Positions 40,108 through 49,971 of a stretch of 64,000 nt of DNA are shown here, one piece after another. The DNA is taken from contig OZ243948.1 of NCBI GenBank assembly GCA_965214255.1, positions 1,094,225 through 1,158,224 on the forward strand, in the 5' to 3' direction. Below the pieces are notes generated by a model. That model did not search any database and was not told the DNA's origin. It was given only the letters and a program-made list of their open reading frames with translations. The position numbers and the translations under genes were made by a program. The stretch is from Alphaproteobacteria bacterium. Lineage in GTDB: Bacteria; Pseudomonadota; Alphaproteobacteria; SMXP01. How positions within the stretch are numbered: position 1 is the stretch's first letter; the number at the start of each line of letters is the position of its first letter.

Positions 40108-41181
40108 CTATATGAGTCCCAAATCGGCAAGGCGCTCGATGGTGCGGGTTTGCCGCTGCTCGAAGAACTCGCGCCCCGGCGGGGCCTTGGCCTCGCCGTT
40201 TTCGAGAAGGTCGTTCGGCGCCTGAAACGTCGTCCCGGCATAGCTGTTCGCATAGGCGGCAAAGGGCTGGCGCGACAGGAAGTTGGTCATGCACGCATAG
40301 CGGCGCACCTCTCTCAACTCTCCCAAATCGATGGCGGCCCGCGCCGCGTGGCTCTCTCCGCCCATGGCCGCTTCGGCCAGAACATTGCCGTGAAAATCGA
40401 TCACTTTGGACATGCCGCTGCAGCTATGGGCCGGCAGCGGAATGTCTTCGAGGCTCGCGGTATTGGCCGAGACGACATAAATCATGTTCTCGATAGCGCG
40501 GGTGCGCTTGCACAGGTCGCGGCCCACGTCCCGCGGCGTGCCCGTTTCCGAAGTCGGATGCAGAAGCACTTCCGCCCCCCGCATCACATGGCAGCGGGTC
40601 AGTTCGGGCCACAGGATTTCTTCCGACGCCACCATGGCGAGATTGCCTATGTCGGTCCTCGCCACCGGGAAGACGCCCTCCAGACCGTAGATATCCAGAT
40701 ATTTGTCCCACACGTCATAGGGCGACGGCTCGAAGGACGACGTCAATCGACGGTAACGGAGAACGATATCGCCGTTGGGCGCGATCACGAAACAGGTTTG
40801 AAAATAGAGGTCCGGAAAGTTCGGATCGCATTCATAGGCGTTGCCGCCGATGTAAATGCCGCATTCCTGAGCCGTTTCGCTCAGCACGTCATATTCCGGG
40901 CCGCCGGGATCCAGACAGGCGCGTTCGCGCCACGCCGGAATCGACTCTCCCATGGGAAAGCCGGTCAGTACGAATTCGGGCAAAAGCACGAGGCGGCATT
41001 CGATGCCGTTGAAAAACTTCATGAATTTCGCGCTCGCCGCGGCGTAATCCGCCGCTCTGCGCACATTGCGCAGGATCTGCGCGCGCGCGGAGTCCGTATC
41101 CTTGCACCTGTGCACGCCGACGCATTTCAACTGCAACGCAAGCGCGCCGTAGCGTAAATTTTCAGAGTTTCGTTCGGACAG
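40108..41181 (-). CDS. Nitrilase-superfamily protein (Glu-Arg-Ser) with probable CTG start
   Basis: LLPEF, LRYRR, AMVASEEILWPE; first strand YGALALQ lies upstream of the ORF-track start, and the frame is closed by TGA 41187-41185. Confidence 0.85.
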   Translation of the reverse strand: MSERNSENLRYGALALQLKCVGVHRCKDTDSARAQILRNVRRAADYAAASAKFMKFFNGIECRLVLLPEFVLTGFPMGESIPAWRERACLDPGGPEYDVLSETAQECGIYIGGNAYECDPNFPDLYFQTCFVIAPNGDIVLRYRRLTSSFEPSPYDVWDKYLDIYGLEGVFPVARTDIGNLAMVASEEILWPELTRCHVMRGAEVLLHPTSETGTPRDVGRDLCKRTRAIENMIYVVSANTASLEDIPLPAHSCSGMSKVIDFHGNVLAEAAMGGESHAARAAIDLGELREVRRYACMTNFLSRQPFAAYANSYAGTTFQAPNDLLENGEAKAPPGREFFEQRQTRTIERLADLGLI

Positions 41182-41457
41182 ACGTCACCTCACTTGCGCC
41201 GCATCGCCCGCGCGCGATTCGTTCATCGTCACGGCAACCGACGCCCGCGATATCGGCGGCGCTGCCGACGAATCCGAATGTAACGCCCTTCCGACGAAGA
41301 CACCAACGAAAAACAAAGATCCGGCCGAAGTCCCTCCGGGTCCGCCTCCCGGTTTTCCGCTTGATGCGGGACTCCCATCCGCACCGGCAATGGCCTATGT
41401 TGGGCCGCGCAAACCTTTCACCTTCCATGACAGCCGTCAGTCGCAGGATCGCCAATC

Positions 41458-42336
41458 ATGATGAAAGTCGCCGTCACCGCCGCCTCGGGCCGCCTTGGAC
41501 ACGCCCTGCTCGAAGCCTTGAGCGGCAAACTCGGAGCCGAGGGCGTCATCGCCGTCGCCCGCTCGCCTGAAAAAATCGACGCGCCGCACGTCGAAACGCG
41601 CCGGGGCGATTACAACGCGCCGGACGAGATGACGGACGCATTGCGAGAAGTCGATACGGTCGTGATGATTTCGGCGCCGGTGGTCGCCGGAACGGACCGC
41701 GTGCTGCTGCACCGCAACGTCATCGACGCGGCGAGCCAAGCCGGCGCCGCGAAGATCGTCTATACCAGCGTCGTCGGCAGCGGCGCGGAAAAAGACACAT
41801 GGTACTGGCCGACGCAGCAGATCAACCGGCAGACGGAACGGGACGTGCGCGATTGCGGACTGCAGTGGATCGTCGCGCGCAACGGACTGTATCTGGAACT
41901 CGACCTGAACCACATCATCGCCGCGAACGAGACGGGCACCTACAGAAACAACGGCGGCGCGGGCCGCTGCGGCTATATCACCATCGACGAGTTGGCCGCC
42001 GCCACCGCCGAACTCGCCATCCGCGACCGCCTGAACGGACGGATTTACAACCTGGTCGGAGACAGCCGGTCTCAAGACGAACTCGTGGCCCTCGCCAACC
42101 ATGTCTTCGGACTGAACGTCGCCTATGAGGAGATGAGCGACGAGGACAATGTCGCACGCTTCATGAAGGACCCGCGCATTTCGGCGCGCGGCGAGGATGT
42201 CGCCCGCATGTTGACCGGGTGCTTTCAAGCCATGCGCCGGGGGGCGCTGGACGTGGACTCCGATTTCGAGGCCGCGGCGGGACGCCCTTGCAAATCGACC
42301 GAAGAGATGATGGAAGACGTGCGCCGGCGCAGATAA
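41458..42336 (+). CDS. NmrA/QOR2-like atypical SDR
   Basis: VTAASGRLG, RRGDY, IVYTS, ARNGLY motifs. Confidence 0.88.
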   Translation: MMKVAVTAASGRLGHALLEALSGKLGAEGVIAVARSPEKIDAPHVETRRGDYNAPDEMTDALREVDTVVMISAPVVAGTDRVLLHRNVIDAASQAGAAKIVYTSVVGSGAEKDTWYWPTQQINRQTERDVRDCGLQWIVARNGLYLELDLNHIIAANETGTYRNNGGAGRCGYITIDELAAATAELAIRDRLNGRIYNLVGDSRSQDELVALANHVFGLNVAYEEMSDEDNVARFMKDPRISARGEDVARMLTGCFQAMRRGALDVDSDFEAAAGRPCKSTEEMMEDVRRRR

Positions 42337-42421
42337 CGGAGAAAAGGCCATGAATGTGAAGACCGGCGCGGGAGCGGCGCATCCACGGCAGATACCGCTC
42401 GACCGGGAGAGCGCGTAGTCG

Positions 42422-45251
42422 ATGCGCCTGTCGTGGAACGAGGTTCGCGCGCGGGCGGCCGCCTTTGCCCGGGAGTGGGGTGAGGCGTCTTACGAGAGAG
42501 GCGAGACCCAGAGTTTCTACAACGACTTCTTCGAAGTGTTCGGCGTGCGCCGACGCACGGTGGCGCGCTACGAGGCGCATGTGGCCAAGCTGGACGAGAG
42601 GCGCGGCTTCATCGACCTGTTCTGGCCCGGCGTGCTGATGGTCGAGCAGAAGAGCGCAGGGCGCGGGCTCGCCGCGGCCCTGGACCAGGCGGGGGCCTAT
42701 TTCGACGCCCTGCCCGAGCGCGAGCGCCCCCGCTACATTCTGGTGAGCGATTTCCGCACCTTCGAGCTTCACGATCTGGAAGAGCGCAGCACCACGGCCT
42801 TCGCCCTCGCCGACCTGCCCGCCCATGTCGAGGCGTTCGGCTTCATCCTCGGCGTCGAGCGCCGCGCCTTCCGAGATCAGGACCCGGCCAATATCGAGGC
42901 CGCAGAACTGGTCGGACGGCTCCACGACGCCCTCGACGCGGCCGGCTACCGCGGGCACGACCTGGAGCGGTTCCTCGTGCGCATCGTCTTCTGCCTGTTC
43001 GCGGACGATACCGGCATCTTCGAGCCGCGCGACATCTTCCTCGATTTCATCGAGACACGCACCGCCGAGGACGGCGCCGGCCTCGGGCCCTGGCTGGCGC
43101 AACTGTTCCAGGTGCTGGACACGCCGCAGAGCGAGCGGACCGCCACGCTGGACGAGGACCTGGCCCGCTTCCCCCATATCAACGGCGACCTGTTCGACGG
43201 GCCCCTGCGCATCCCCTCCTTCGATGCGGACATGCGCGCCAAGCTGCTCGACGCCTGCCGCTTCGACTGGTCGAACATCTCGCCCGCGGTCTTCGGCGCG
43301 TTGTTCCAGTCGGTCATGGACCCGGCGGAGCGCCGCGCCCAAGGCGCGCACTACACCACCGAGACGAACATCTTGAAAGTGATCGAGCCGCTGTTTCTGG
43401 ACGATCTGCGCGCCGAGTTCGCGCGGCTGAAGGCGCGCCGCGACAGCCGCCGTCGCCCCGACCTGCTGGCGTTTCAGGAGAAGCTGGGCGCCATGCGTTT
43501 TTTCGACCCCGCCTGCGGCTGCGGCAACTTTCTTATCATCGCCTACCGCGAACTGAGGCTTATGGAAATCGAGGTGCTGAAGGAAATCCACCCGAGGGCG
43601 CCGGACGGACGGCAAACCGACGCTCTGGCTGAGACCCTGTCGGTGATCGACGTCGACCGGTTCTACGGGATCGAACTCGGCGAGTTTCCGGCGCGCATCG
43701 CGGAGACCGCGCTGTGGATGATGGACCACATCATGAACAACCGTCTGAGCCTGGAGTTCGGCCGGACTTATGCGCGCATCCCCCTTGAGAAATCGCCGCG
43801 CATCGTCCACGGCGACGCGCTGGAGATCGACTGGCGGGCGGTGCTGCCGCCGCAGACCTGCTCATACCTGTTCGGCAATCCGCCGTTTGCGGGGGCGAAG
43901 TACCAGACGCCGGAGCAGCGCGCGCAGGTGCGCCGCATCGCGGCGCTGGGCAAGAGCGGCGGGACGCTGGATTACGTCGCCGCGTGGTTCATCAAGGCGG
44001 GGGAGTATGTGAAGGGCGGCGATACGCGCATCGGCTTCGTCGCCACCAACTCGATCAGCCAGGGCGAACAGGTGGCGCAGCTTTGGCCGCTTCTGTTCGA
44101 GCGCTGCGGGCTGGAAATCGCTTTCGCGCACCGCACTTTCGCCTGGGGCTCGGACGCGCGCGGCAAGGCCCACGTGCATGTGGTGATCGTCGGGCTCGGT
44201 TGGGGGGGGGCGTACACAAGCGCAGAAGCGTCTGTTCAATTATCCCGACATCAAGGGCCCGCCGGAGGAGAGCCGCCACGCGGCATTGTCGCCCTATCTG
44301 TTCGACGCCGAGGGTCTAAGCGACCCGCACCTCACGGTGCGCGAGGAAAGCCGACCGATCAATGGGATGGGGCGGTTGATTACAGGTACTCAGCCGCTTG
44401 AAGACGGAAATCTGACCTTTTCAAGTGAGGAGAAGGCAGCCTTTCTCGAACATGAACCGGGTGCCGGACCGTATTTCCGACCGTTTCCGGGTGCACGCGA
44501 GTTCATTCGCGGTGATTTACGATGGATTCTCCACACAGCGGAAATCCCTCCCCAAAAACTACGCAGCTTACCTATGGTTGTCGAACGGCTGAAGGCAGTT
44601 CGCGAGTTCCGGGCGAAAAGCAAGAGGCAGACCACCAAACGGCTTGCCGACTATCCGAGCGCTTATGGTGTAACGGTTGTACCGGAATACCCGTTCCTAA
44701 TTGTCCCGCAGACCAGTTCCGAACGACGTGAATATGTGCCGATTGGTTATCTTGAACCACCGGTAATCCCAAGTGAAAAACTTCGACTTCTGCCCAACGC
44801 TACTTTAGCCGACTTTGCCCTGCTGACCTCCGCCATGCACATGGCATGGATGCGGGCGGTTACGGGACGGCTGGAGAGCCGTTACATGTACTCCGTCGGC
44901 GTCGTCTACAACACCTTCCCCACACCGCCGGGCTTTGCGGACGGAAGGGCAGACCTTTTGAGGCTGGAGCCGCTCGCCCAAGCCGTGCTCGACGCCCGCG
45001 CCGCCCACGCCGGGGCCGCGCTGGCCGATCTCTACGACCCGGACCTGACGCCGCCGGACTTGCGCCGCGCCCATGCCCGCCTCGATAGCGCCGTGGACCG
45101 GCTCTACCGGCGCGGCGGCTTCGCCTCCGAACGCGAGCGCGTCCGGCATCTGTTCAAGCTCTATGAAACCATGCGCGCGCCGCTGACGGCCGACATCGAG
45201 GGACGTCGGAAACGGCGGCGGCGAACCGGGGCCGAACGGACGCGGTCATGA
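42422..45251 (+). pseudogene. MmeI-like type IIL restriction-modification enzyme split by a +1 frameshift at G9 (44202-44210); about 942 aa if one G is removed
   Basis: GFIDLFWPG...VEQKS nuclease, GAHYT, FDPACGCGNF (motif I), GNPPF (motif IV); after the G run the coding frame switches to RTQAQKRLFNYPDI...SSERREYVPIG. Confidence 0.9.
44202..44210 (+). repeat. G9 homopolymer at the frameshift site of the R-M gene
   Basis: CTC GGT TGG GGG GGG G CGT ACA CAA GCG CAG AAG CGT. Confidence 0.9.
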
Positions 45252-45289
45252 GCGGACGGGCCGCCGGGCGGCGCTGCGGGCGGCGGGGC

Positions 45290-45814
45290 CTATCCCTCGC
45301 GGAACCATTTTTGACGGGCGTCGTAGCCCATCGCCCACAGCCAGGTATCGACATAGAGGATCCGCTCCGGCGAAACCTTGACCAAAGCCTGCTCCGGCGG
45401 CGTCGACAAGTCCCAACCCAGTTCCTCGGCCCAAATGCGCCAGCGGAAAATGGTCATACCGTGCTCCCAGCCGGGCGTGCCGGGCTCCAGAACCGCGGCC
45501 TTGCCGAAGTACTGAACGCCGCGGGCGCTCGCCCATCCGTTGTGATTCTTGTGCACCGCCAGAGACACGTTGGGGTCGCGCTGCATCGCCAGGAGCTTCG
45601 GCGAGCCCGCGTCCGGCAGCATGTAGAGGTCGAGACCGTCGGCGTAATATTCGATGGGGCTGGCGATCGGCGTGCCCGCCTTGCTGATCGTGGCCAGCAC
45701 GCAGGTGTTGACCGAGTTCACGAATTCACGAATGCGAAGCTCCAACCGGTCGCGCGGCAGCTTTTCTTCGGAACGCGGAGGGTGAAGCCAGGGGGAAGCG
45801 GCGTGCATGGTCAT
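45290..45814 (-). CDS. Pyridoxamine-5'-phosphate-oxidase-like FMN/F420-binding split-barrel protein
   Basis: CVLATISKAGTP.ASP, SPKL..MQRDPNVSL, GVQYFGKA. Confidence 0.85.
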   Translation of the reverse strand: MTMHAASPWLHPPRSEEKLPRDRLELRIREFVNSVNTCVLATISKAGTPIASPIEYYADGLDLYMLPDAGSPKLLAMQRDPNVSLAVHKNHNGWASARGVQYFGKAAVLEPGTPGWEHGMTIFRWRIWAEELGWDLSTPPEQALVKVSPERILYVDTWLWAMGYDARQKWFREG

Positions 45815-45895
45815 GATCTCCTGATGGACGCCCGGCGGACATCGGCGGATCGTAAAGACCCTCTTGACCGGTCGGATCGAAATTTCGCGGACCGC

Positions 45896-45918
45896 ACTAT
45901 ACCATTTCCATGTATAGT
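45896..45918. promoter_or_regulatory. Candidate operator palindrome between divergent genes
   Basis: ACTATAC-N9-GTATAGT perfect inverted repeat, AT-rich within GC-rich DNA. Confidence 0.45.
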
Positions 45919-45953
45919 CTCTCGTCTTTTCCGTCTTTCGCGAGGATCGGCGC

Positions 45954-47315
45954 TTGACCTCATCACAAGAAACGCGCGTTGGCGGCGGCCCGGGCTATCC
46001 GCCCGCGTCCGTCGCCTGGTACGTGGTGGGCCTTCTCACGCTCGCCAACCTGTTCGCCTTTCTCGACCGGCAGATCCTGTCGCTGTTGATTGAGCCGATC
46101 AAGGCCGACCTGGACCTGAATGACACGCAAATCAGCCTGCTGTCCGGTTTCGCCTTCGCTCTCTTCTATTCCGTCCTCGGCATTCCTCTGGGGCGGCTGG
46201 CCGACCGTAAAAGCCGGCGCACGATCCTCGCGGCGGGCATGGCGGTCTGGTGCCTCGCCACGGCGGCGTGCGGACTGGCGCGCAATTTCACGGTCCTGTT
46301 TCTGGCGCGCGTCGGCAAGGGTGTCGGACAGTCGGTTTTGAGCCCTTGCGCCTTGTCGCTCATCTCCGATCATTTCCCGCGCGAGTCCCGCGCCCGCGCC
46401 GTGAGCATATACAGCACCGGCATCGGACTGGGCGGCGGCCTGGCCTACATCCTGGGCGGACAGTTGGTGCGCTACGTGTTCGAGGCGGACACCTTCGCAT
46501 TGCCGCTGATCGGCGCACTCGCGCCGTGGCAAATGGTGTTCATCCTGGTCGGCCTGCCCGGACTCGTCGTCGCCGGCCTGCTGATGACCGTAACCGAGCC
46601 CTCGCGCCAGGAGAAGATCGGCGGGGCGCAGGGGAACGACGTCATACCGATCCCGCAAGTCGTCGCATACATGAAAGACCGCTGGCAGGCATTCGCCACG
46701 CTGTTCTTCAGCATGGCGGCCGTCGTCATCCTCGGATACGTCTTCCTGGTCTGGACGCCCGTCATGTTCGTGCGCAAATTCGGATGGTCGATTCCCGATG
46801 CCGGGCTTTACTACGGTCTGGTGATTTTGATCGCGGGCCCTCTCGGCGTGATCATTGGGGGATGGATCGCGGACTACCTCTACAGGAAAGGGCGCAAGGA
46901 CGCCCATCTGCTTACGATCCTGATCGGCTTGGCGGGCGCCAACTTTCCTCTGGCCGTCATCGCGCCGCTGGCGCCCGACGGCACCGCCGCGCTGCTGCTG
47001 CTGTTTCCGGCAACCCTGGGGGCGGGGGTCGCGACCACCGGGGGCGCCGCCGCCATGACGGTGCTCGTTCCCAACCAGATGCGCGGGCAATTGACGGCGG
47101 TCTATTACTTCGTGATCGGACTGGGAGGCCCGACCGTCGGCGCGACGGCGCCCGCCTTGATCACCGACTTCGTCTTTGCCGACGACGCGGCGCTCCCCTA
47201 CTCCATGTCCATCGTCTCGGCGGTTATGGGCATTGCGGGCACGATCATCCTGATGTGGGGGCGCGACGCCTACAACCGGGTGGCCGTCGAAGCGGAACGG
47301 ATGCAGACACGGTAA
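45954..47315 (+). CDS. MFS transporter (spinster/ACS-like)
   Basis: FLDRQILSLL.EPIK.DL, GRLADRKSRR, SLISDHFP, VPNQMRG. Confidence 0.93.
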   Translation: MTSSQETRVGGGPGYPPASVAWYVVGLLTLANLFAFLDRQILSLLIEPIKADLDLNDTQISLLSGFAFALFYSVLGIPLGRLADRKSRRTILAAGMAVWCLATAACGLARNFTVLFLARVGKGVGQSVLSPCALSLISDHFPRESRARAVSIYSTGIGLGGGLAYILGGQLVRYVFEADTFALPLIGALAPWQMVFILVGLPGLVVAGLLMTVTEPSRQEKIGGAQGNDVIPIPQVVAYMKDRWQAFATLFFSMAAVVILGYVFLVWTPVMFVRKFGWSIPDAGLYYGLVILIAGPLGVIIGGWIADYLYRKGRKDAHLLTILIGLAGANFPLAVIAPLAPDGTAALLLLFPATLGAGVATTGGAAAMTVLVPNQMRGQLTAVYYFVIGLGGPTVGATAPALITDFVFADDAALPYSMSIVSAVMGIAGTIILMWGRDAYNRVAVEAERMQTR

Positions 47316-47442
47316 AAAACGCGGCGGCGATGGGGCGGACTCCAACCGCATCGCTGGCAATAGCGTCGAAATCGGTCTAATCTGGGAGACGGCGCCGCCC
47401 CGCGGCGCTCCGGATCCGTCAAACGGAAAGGGAGGAATACCC

Positions 47443-48531
47443 GTGCCCCAGTCCCAAGCCCCATTCACGCGCGGCATGAGCGGCCCGCGGCCGGCCTTGC
47501 CCACGCGCGCCGACGAAGCCTATTTCGACTTCGTATCGGACGCCCGTCACTTTTTGATGCACAAACCGTTCGGCCGGCTGCTCAAAGCGGGGCGGGACCA
47601 TCTGACCCGTGCGGAACGGGAGACGGGACGCAAACCCAACAGCATCGAGGCTCTCAGAGACGTGCTGACCGACATGCCCGAAATGTCGGTTTTCCTGCGC
47701 GCCAAACGAACGCTCCAGGAAATCAAATCGTTCCGTTTCCTCGAGTCGTTCGAACCCTATCGCGAAGCCTACGCGCAAGCCTTGGACAAGGCGGACAAGA
47801 GCGGTCCGGGATCGGTCTCATGGGACCCCGATTTCGTCTATCCGGACTACGCCAAAGTCGATATCCACATCATGCCGGGCGGCTACACCGGGTCGGACAT
47901 CGCCGGACTCCTCTACGATCAGGGCACGCGCGTGTTTTTCGACGGCGCCGCGGACCAGGACGACCTGCATATCAATCTCGCCGAAAAGACCGGCGCGCCC
48001 GCGGACGGCAACGTCAAGCGGGTGCTCGACCTCGGCTGTTCGGTCGGTCAACTGAGCTGCGCGCTCAAGCGCCGTTTTCCGGAAGCCGAGGTCTGGGGCA
48101 TCGACATCGGCGCTCCCATGGTCCGCTACGCCCATTGGCGCGCGATTCAGCACGGCGCGGACGTCAATTTCGCACAGATGGCGAGCGAATCGCTCACCTT
48201 TCCCGACGAGCATTTCGACCTCGTCACCGCTCACATCCTGTTTCACGAGATTCCCGTCGAAGTGATCCGCGAAACGCTGCGGCAAACCTTTCGCGTGCTG
48301 AGGAAAGGCGGCACGTTCGTGCTCTGGGATTTCGCGACCGCGACGGACCGGGACCCGAGCTATACCGGCTTCATGGGCCAAATGGACGCCATCGACAACG
48401 GCGAGCCTTACGCGCTCGGCTTCGCGCGCTGCGGCGTCGAGGACATGATCGAACGGACGGGCTTCAAGCTGCGCGCGCGGGACCCGGAGACATTGCGCAA
48501 GGACGGCCGCGTCGCCGACAAGCCGGCCTAA
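47443..48531 (+). CDS. Class I SAM-dependent methyltransferase
   Basis: VLDLGCSVG, WGID, FDLVTAHILFHE, RVLRKGG; GGAGG RBS. Confidence 0.9.
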   Translation: MPQSQAPFTRGMSGPRPALPTRADEAYFDFVSDARHFLMHKPFGRLLKAGRDHLTRAERETGRKPNSIEALRDVLTDMPEMSVFLRAKRTLQEIKSFRFLESFEPYREAYAQALDKADKSGPGSVSWDPDFVYPDYAKVDIHIMPGGYTGSDIAGLLYDQGTRVFFDGAADQDDLHINLAEKTGAPADGNVKRVLDLGCSVGQLSCALKRRFPEAEVWGIDIGAPMVRYAHWRAIQHGADVNFAQMASESLTFPDEHFDLVTAHILFHEIPVEVIRETLRQTFRVLRKGGTFVLWDFATATDRDPSYTGFMGQMDAIDNGEPYALGFARCGVEDMIERTGFKLRARDPETLRKDGRVADKPA

Positions 48532-48577
48532 AGGTCCCGCCCGCAACCGCATCTTCAGCGGCAGGGGCCGCAGTCTC

Positions 48578-49003
48578 ATGACCGACGCTCGACCGACCGC
48601 CGCCGTGGAACGGGAAAACAAGGCCGTCACGCGCCGGTTCATTCACGCATGGAATGAAAGGGACGTCGAGGGCATCTGCTCGCTGCTTGCCGAAGATGTG
48701 GTTTACATGATTTACGACGGCGGCCCCGTCGAGCGCGGTATTCCGGCGATCCGCAGCCGTCTCGCCTCATTCATGAACAGGTGGGAAAAAATCGAGTTCA
48801 AAATCAGACGTCTGAATGCGGTCGGCCCGCTCGTCATCCATGAAAGAATCGAAGACTATTACGGCGCGGACGGCCATCCCGACTGGCATTTCGAAGTGGC
48901 GGCCATGCTGGTCATCGAGGACGGCAAAATCTCTTTGTGGCGCGACTACGGCCTGCCGGGCGGACGGCAATCGTCGCCGCAGCCCGCGGACGGGAACCGT
49001 TAG
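48578..49003 (+). CDS. Limonene-1,2-epoxide hydrolase / SnoaL-like (NTF2-fold) protein
   Basis: RFIHAW, VIHERIED, DGKISLWRDY. Confidence 0.85.
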   Translation: MTDARPTAAVERENKAVTRRFIHAWNERDVEGICSLLAEDVVYMIYDGGPVERGIPAIRSRLASFMNRWEKIEFKIRRLNAVGPLVIHERIEDYYGADGHPDWHFEVAAMLVIEDGKISLWRDYGLPGGRQSSPQPADGNR

Positions 49004-49076
49004 ACTCGGGGGGCGTTTCGCCCCGTCCGTCCATGGCGGCCCCAGTCCGACCCCGCCTGCGCCGCCTCGCGGCGGG

Positions 49077-49838
49077 CTATGAGGAAACCGGCGCCTCAGC
49101 GGCTTGAGATCCGGCGTCCCCTTGCGGCCTCTGCGCGAACCGATAGGCGGCCGCCAGAAGACCCGCATTGAAGATCGGTTCGCCGAAATTGCCGAGCAGC
49201 GGTCCGTAATAGAAATCGGGCACCTGTTGCAGTCCGCCCGCCGCGAACATGAACAGGCCGGTGAGCGCGAGCCAGGGAAATGCGTGGCGCGCCCAAAGGG
49301 CGAATCCCACGGCCGTGAGCGCGAGGTTCACGCCCAAAGCCGGTATCGGGGCGACGCTTATGCCCTCCGGCGGCGGATTCGCCGGGTCGCATATCTGATT
49401 CGCGGGCACGTTGATCGTAAGCCGGACCGTCTCGCCGTAGCAGGCGGGATAAAATTCGACCTGGAAAATATAGGGCACATCGAGGACCATGAACCCGACC
49501 GCCACGACGCAAAAAAGCCCCATGACGAATTTCTTTTGCGCGAAGGCGAAATCGGCGTTGCGCAGCAAAATGCCCGCGACGATCATCAGCAGGGGCAGCA
49601 TCTGCCAGTGCCAGTAAAAGCGAATGTAGGTAATGCTCGTCAGGAACGGGCCTTCGCCGATGAATTGACCGAGAGCGATGGCGAAATTATCCAGCCACAA
49701 GAATATGAGCGGGATGAGGATCAAAACCGACAGCGCGACGGGATGCAGCCGCCACAGTTTGACGGCGTAATAGAGAACGACCAGCGACATGACGCCGTTC
49801 ACGAGATAGCCGATTGTGATAAAGCCGATCGTGCCCAT
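49077..49838 (-). CDS. Hypothetical polytopic membrane protein
   Basis: 253 aa, about 7 hydrophobic segments, GGAGG RBS; no family recognised. Confidence 0.75.
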   Translation of the reverse strand: MGTIGFITIGYLVNGVMSLVVLYYAVKLWRLHPVALSVLILIPLIFLWLDNFAIALGQFIGEGPFLTSITYIRFYWHWQMLPLLMIVAGILLRNADFAFAQKKFVMGLFCVVAVGFMVLDVPYIFQVEFYPACYGETVRLTINVPANQICDPANPPPEGISVAPIPALGVNLALTAVGFALWARHAFPWLALTGLFMFAAGGLQQVPDFYYGPLLGNFGEPIFNAGLLAAAYRFAQRPQGDAGSQAAEAPVSS

Positions 49839-49971
49839 GGCATTGCCTCCGCGATGATCCCGAGAGTCCGAGTATGCAAAGGCGGCGGCGCCGTGGCAAG
49901 TGGCCTGCGGTTGCGGTTTCGTGTTAGAAACACCTCAACTTGAACTCCACTCCAAACCGCGGGAGTATGAC

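Noticed and set aside
38026-41157. 1043-aa plus-strand ORF
   Set aside because: Antisense shadow of the molybdoenzyme alpha and nitrilase genes; no motifs; typical of high-GC DNA.
44286-45251. Independent 321-aa gene
   Set aside because: Its frame is open back to the G9 tract and continues the MmeI-like protein.
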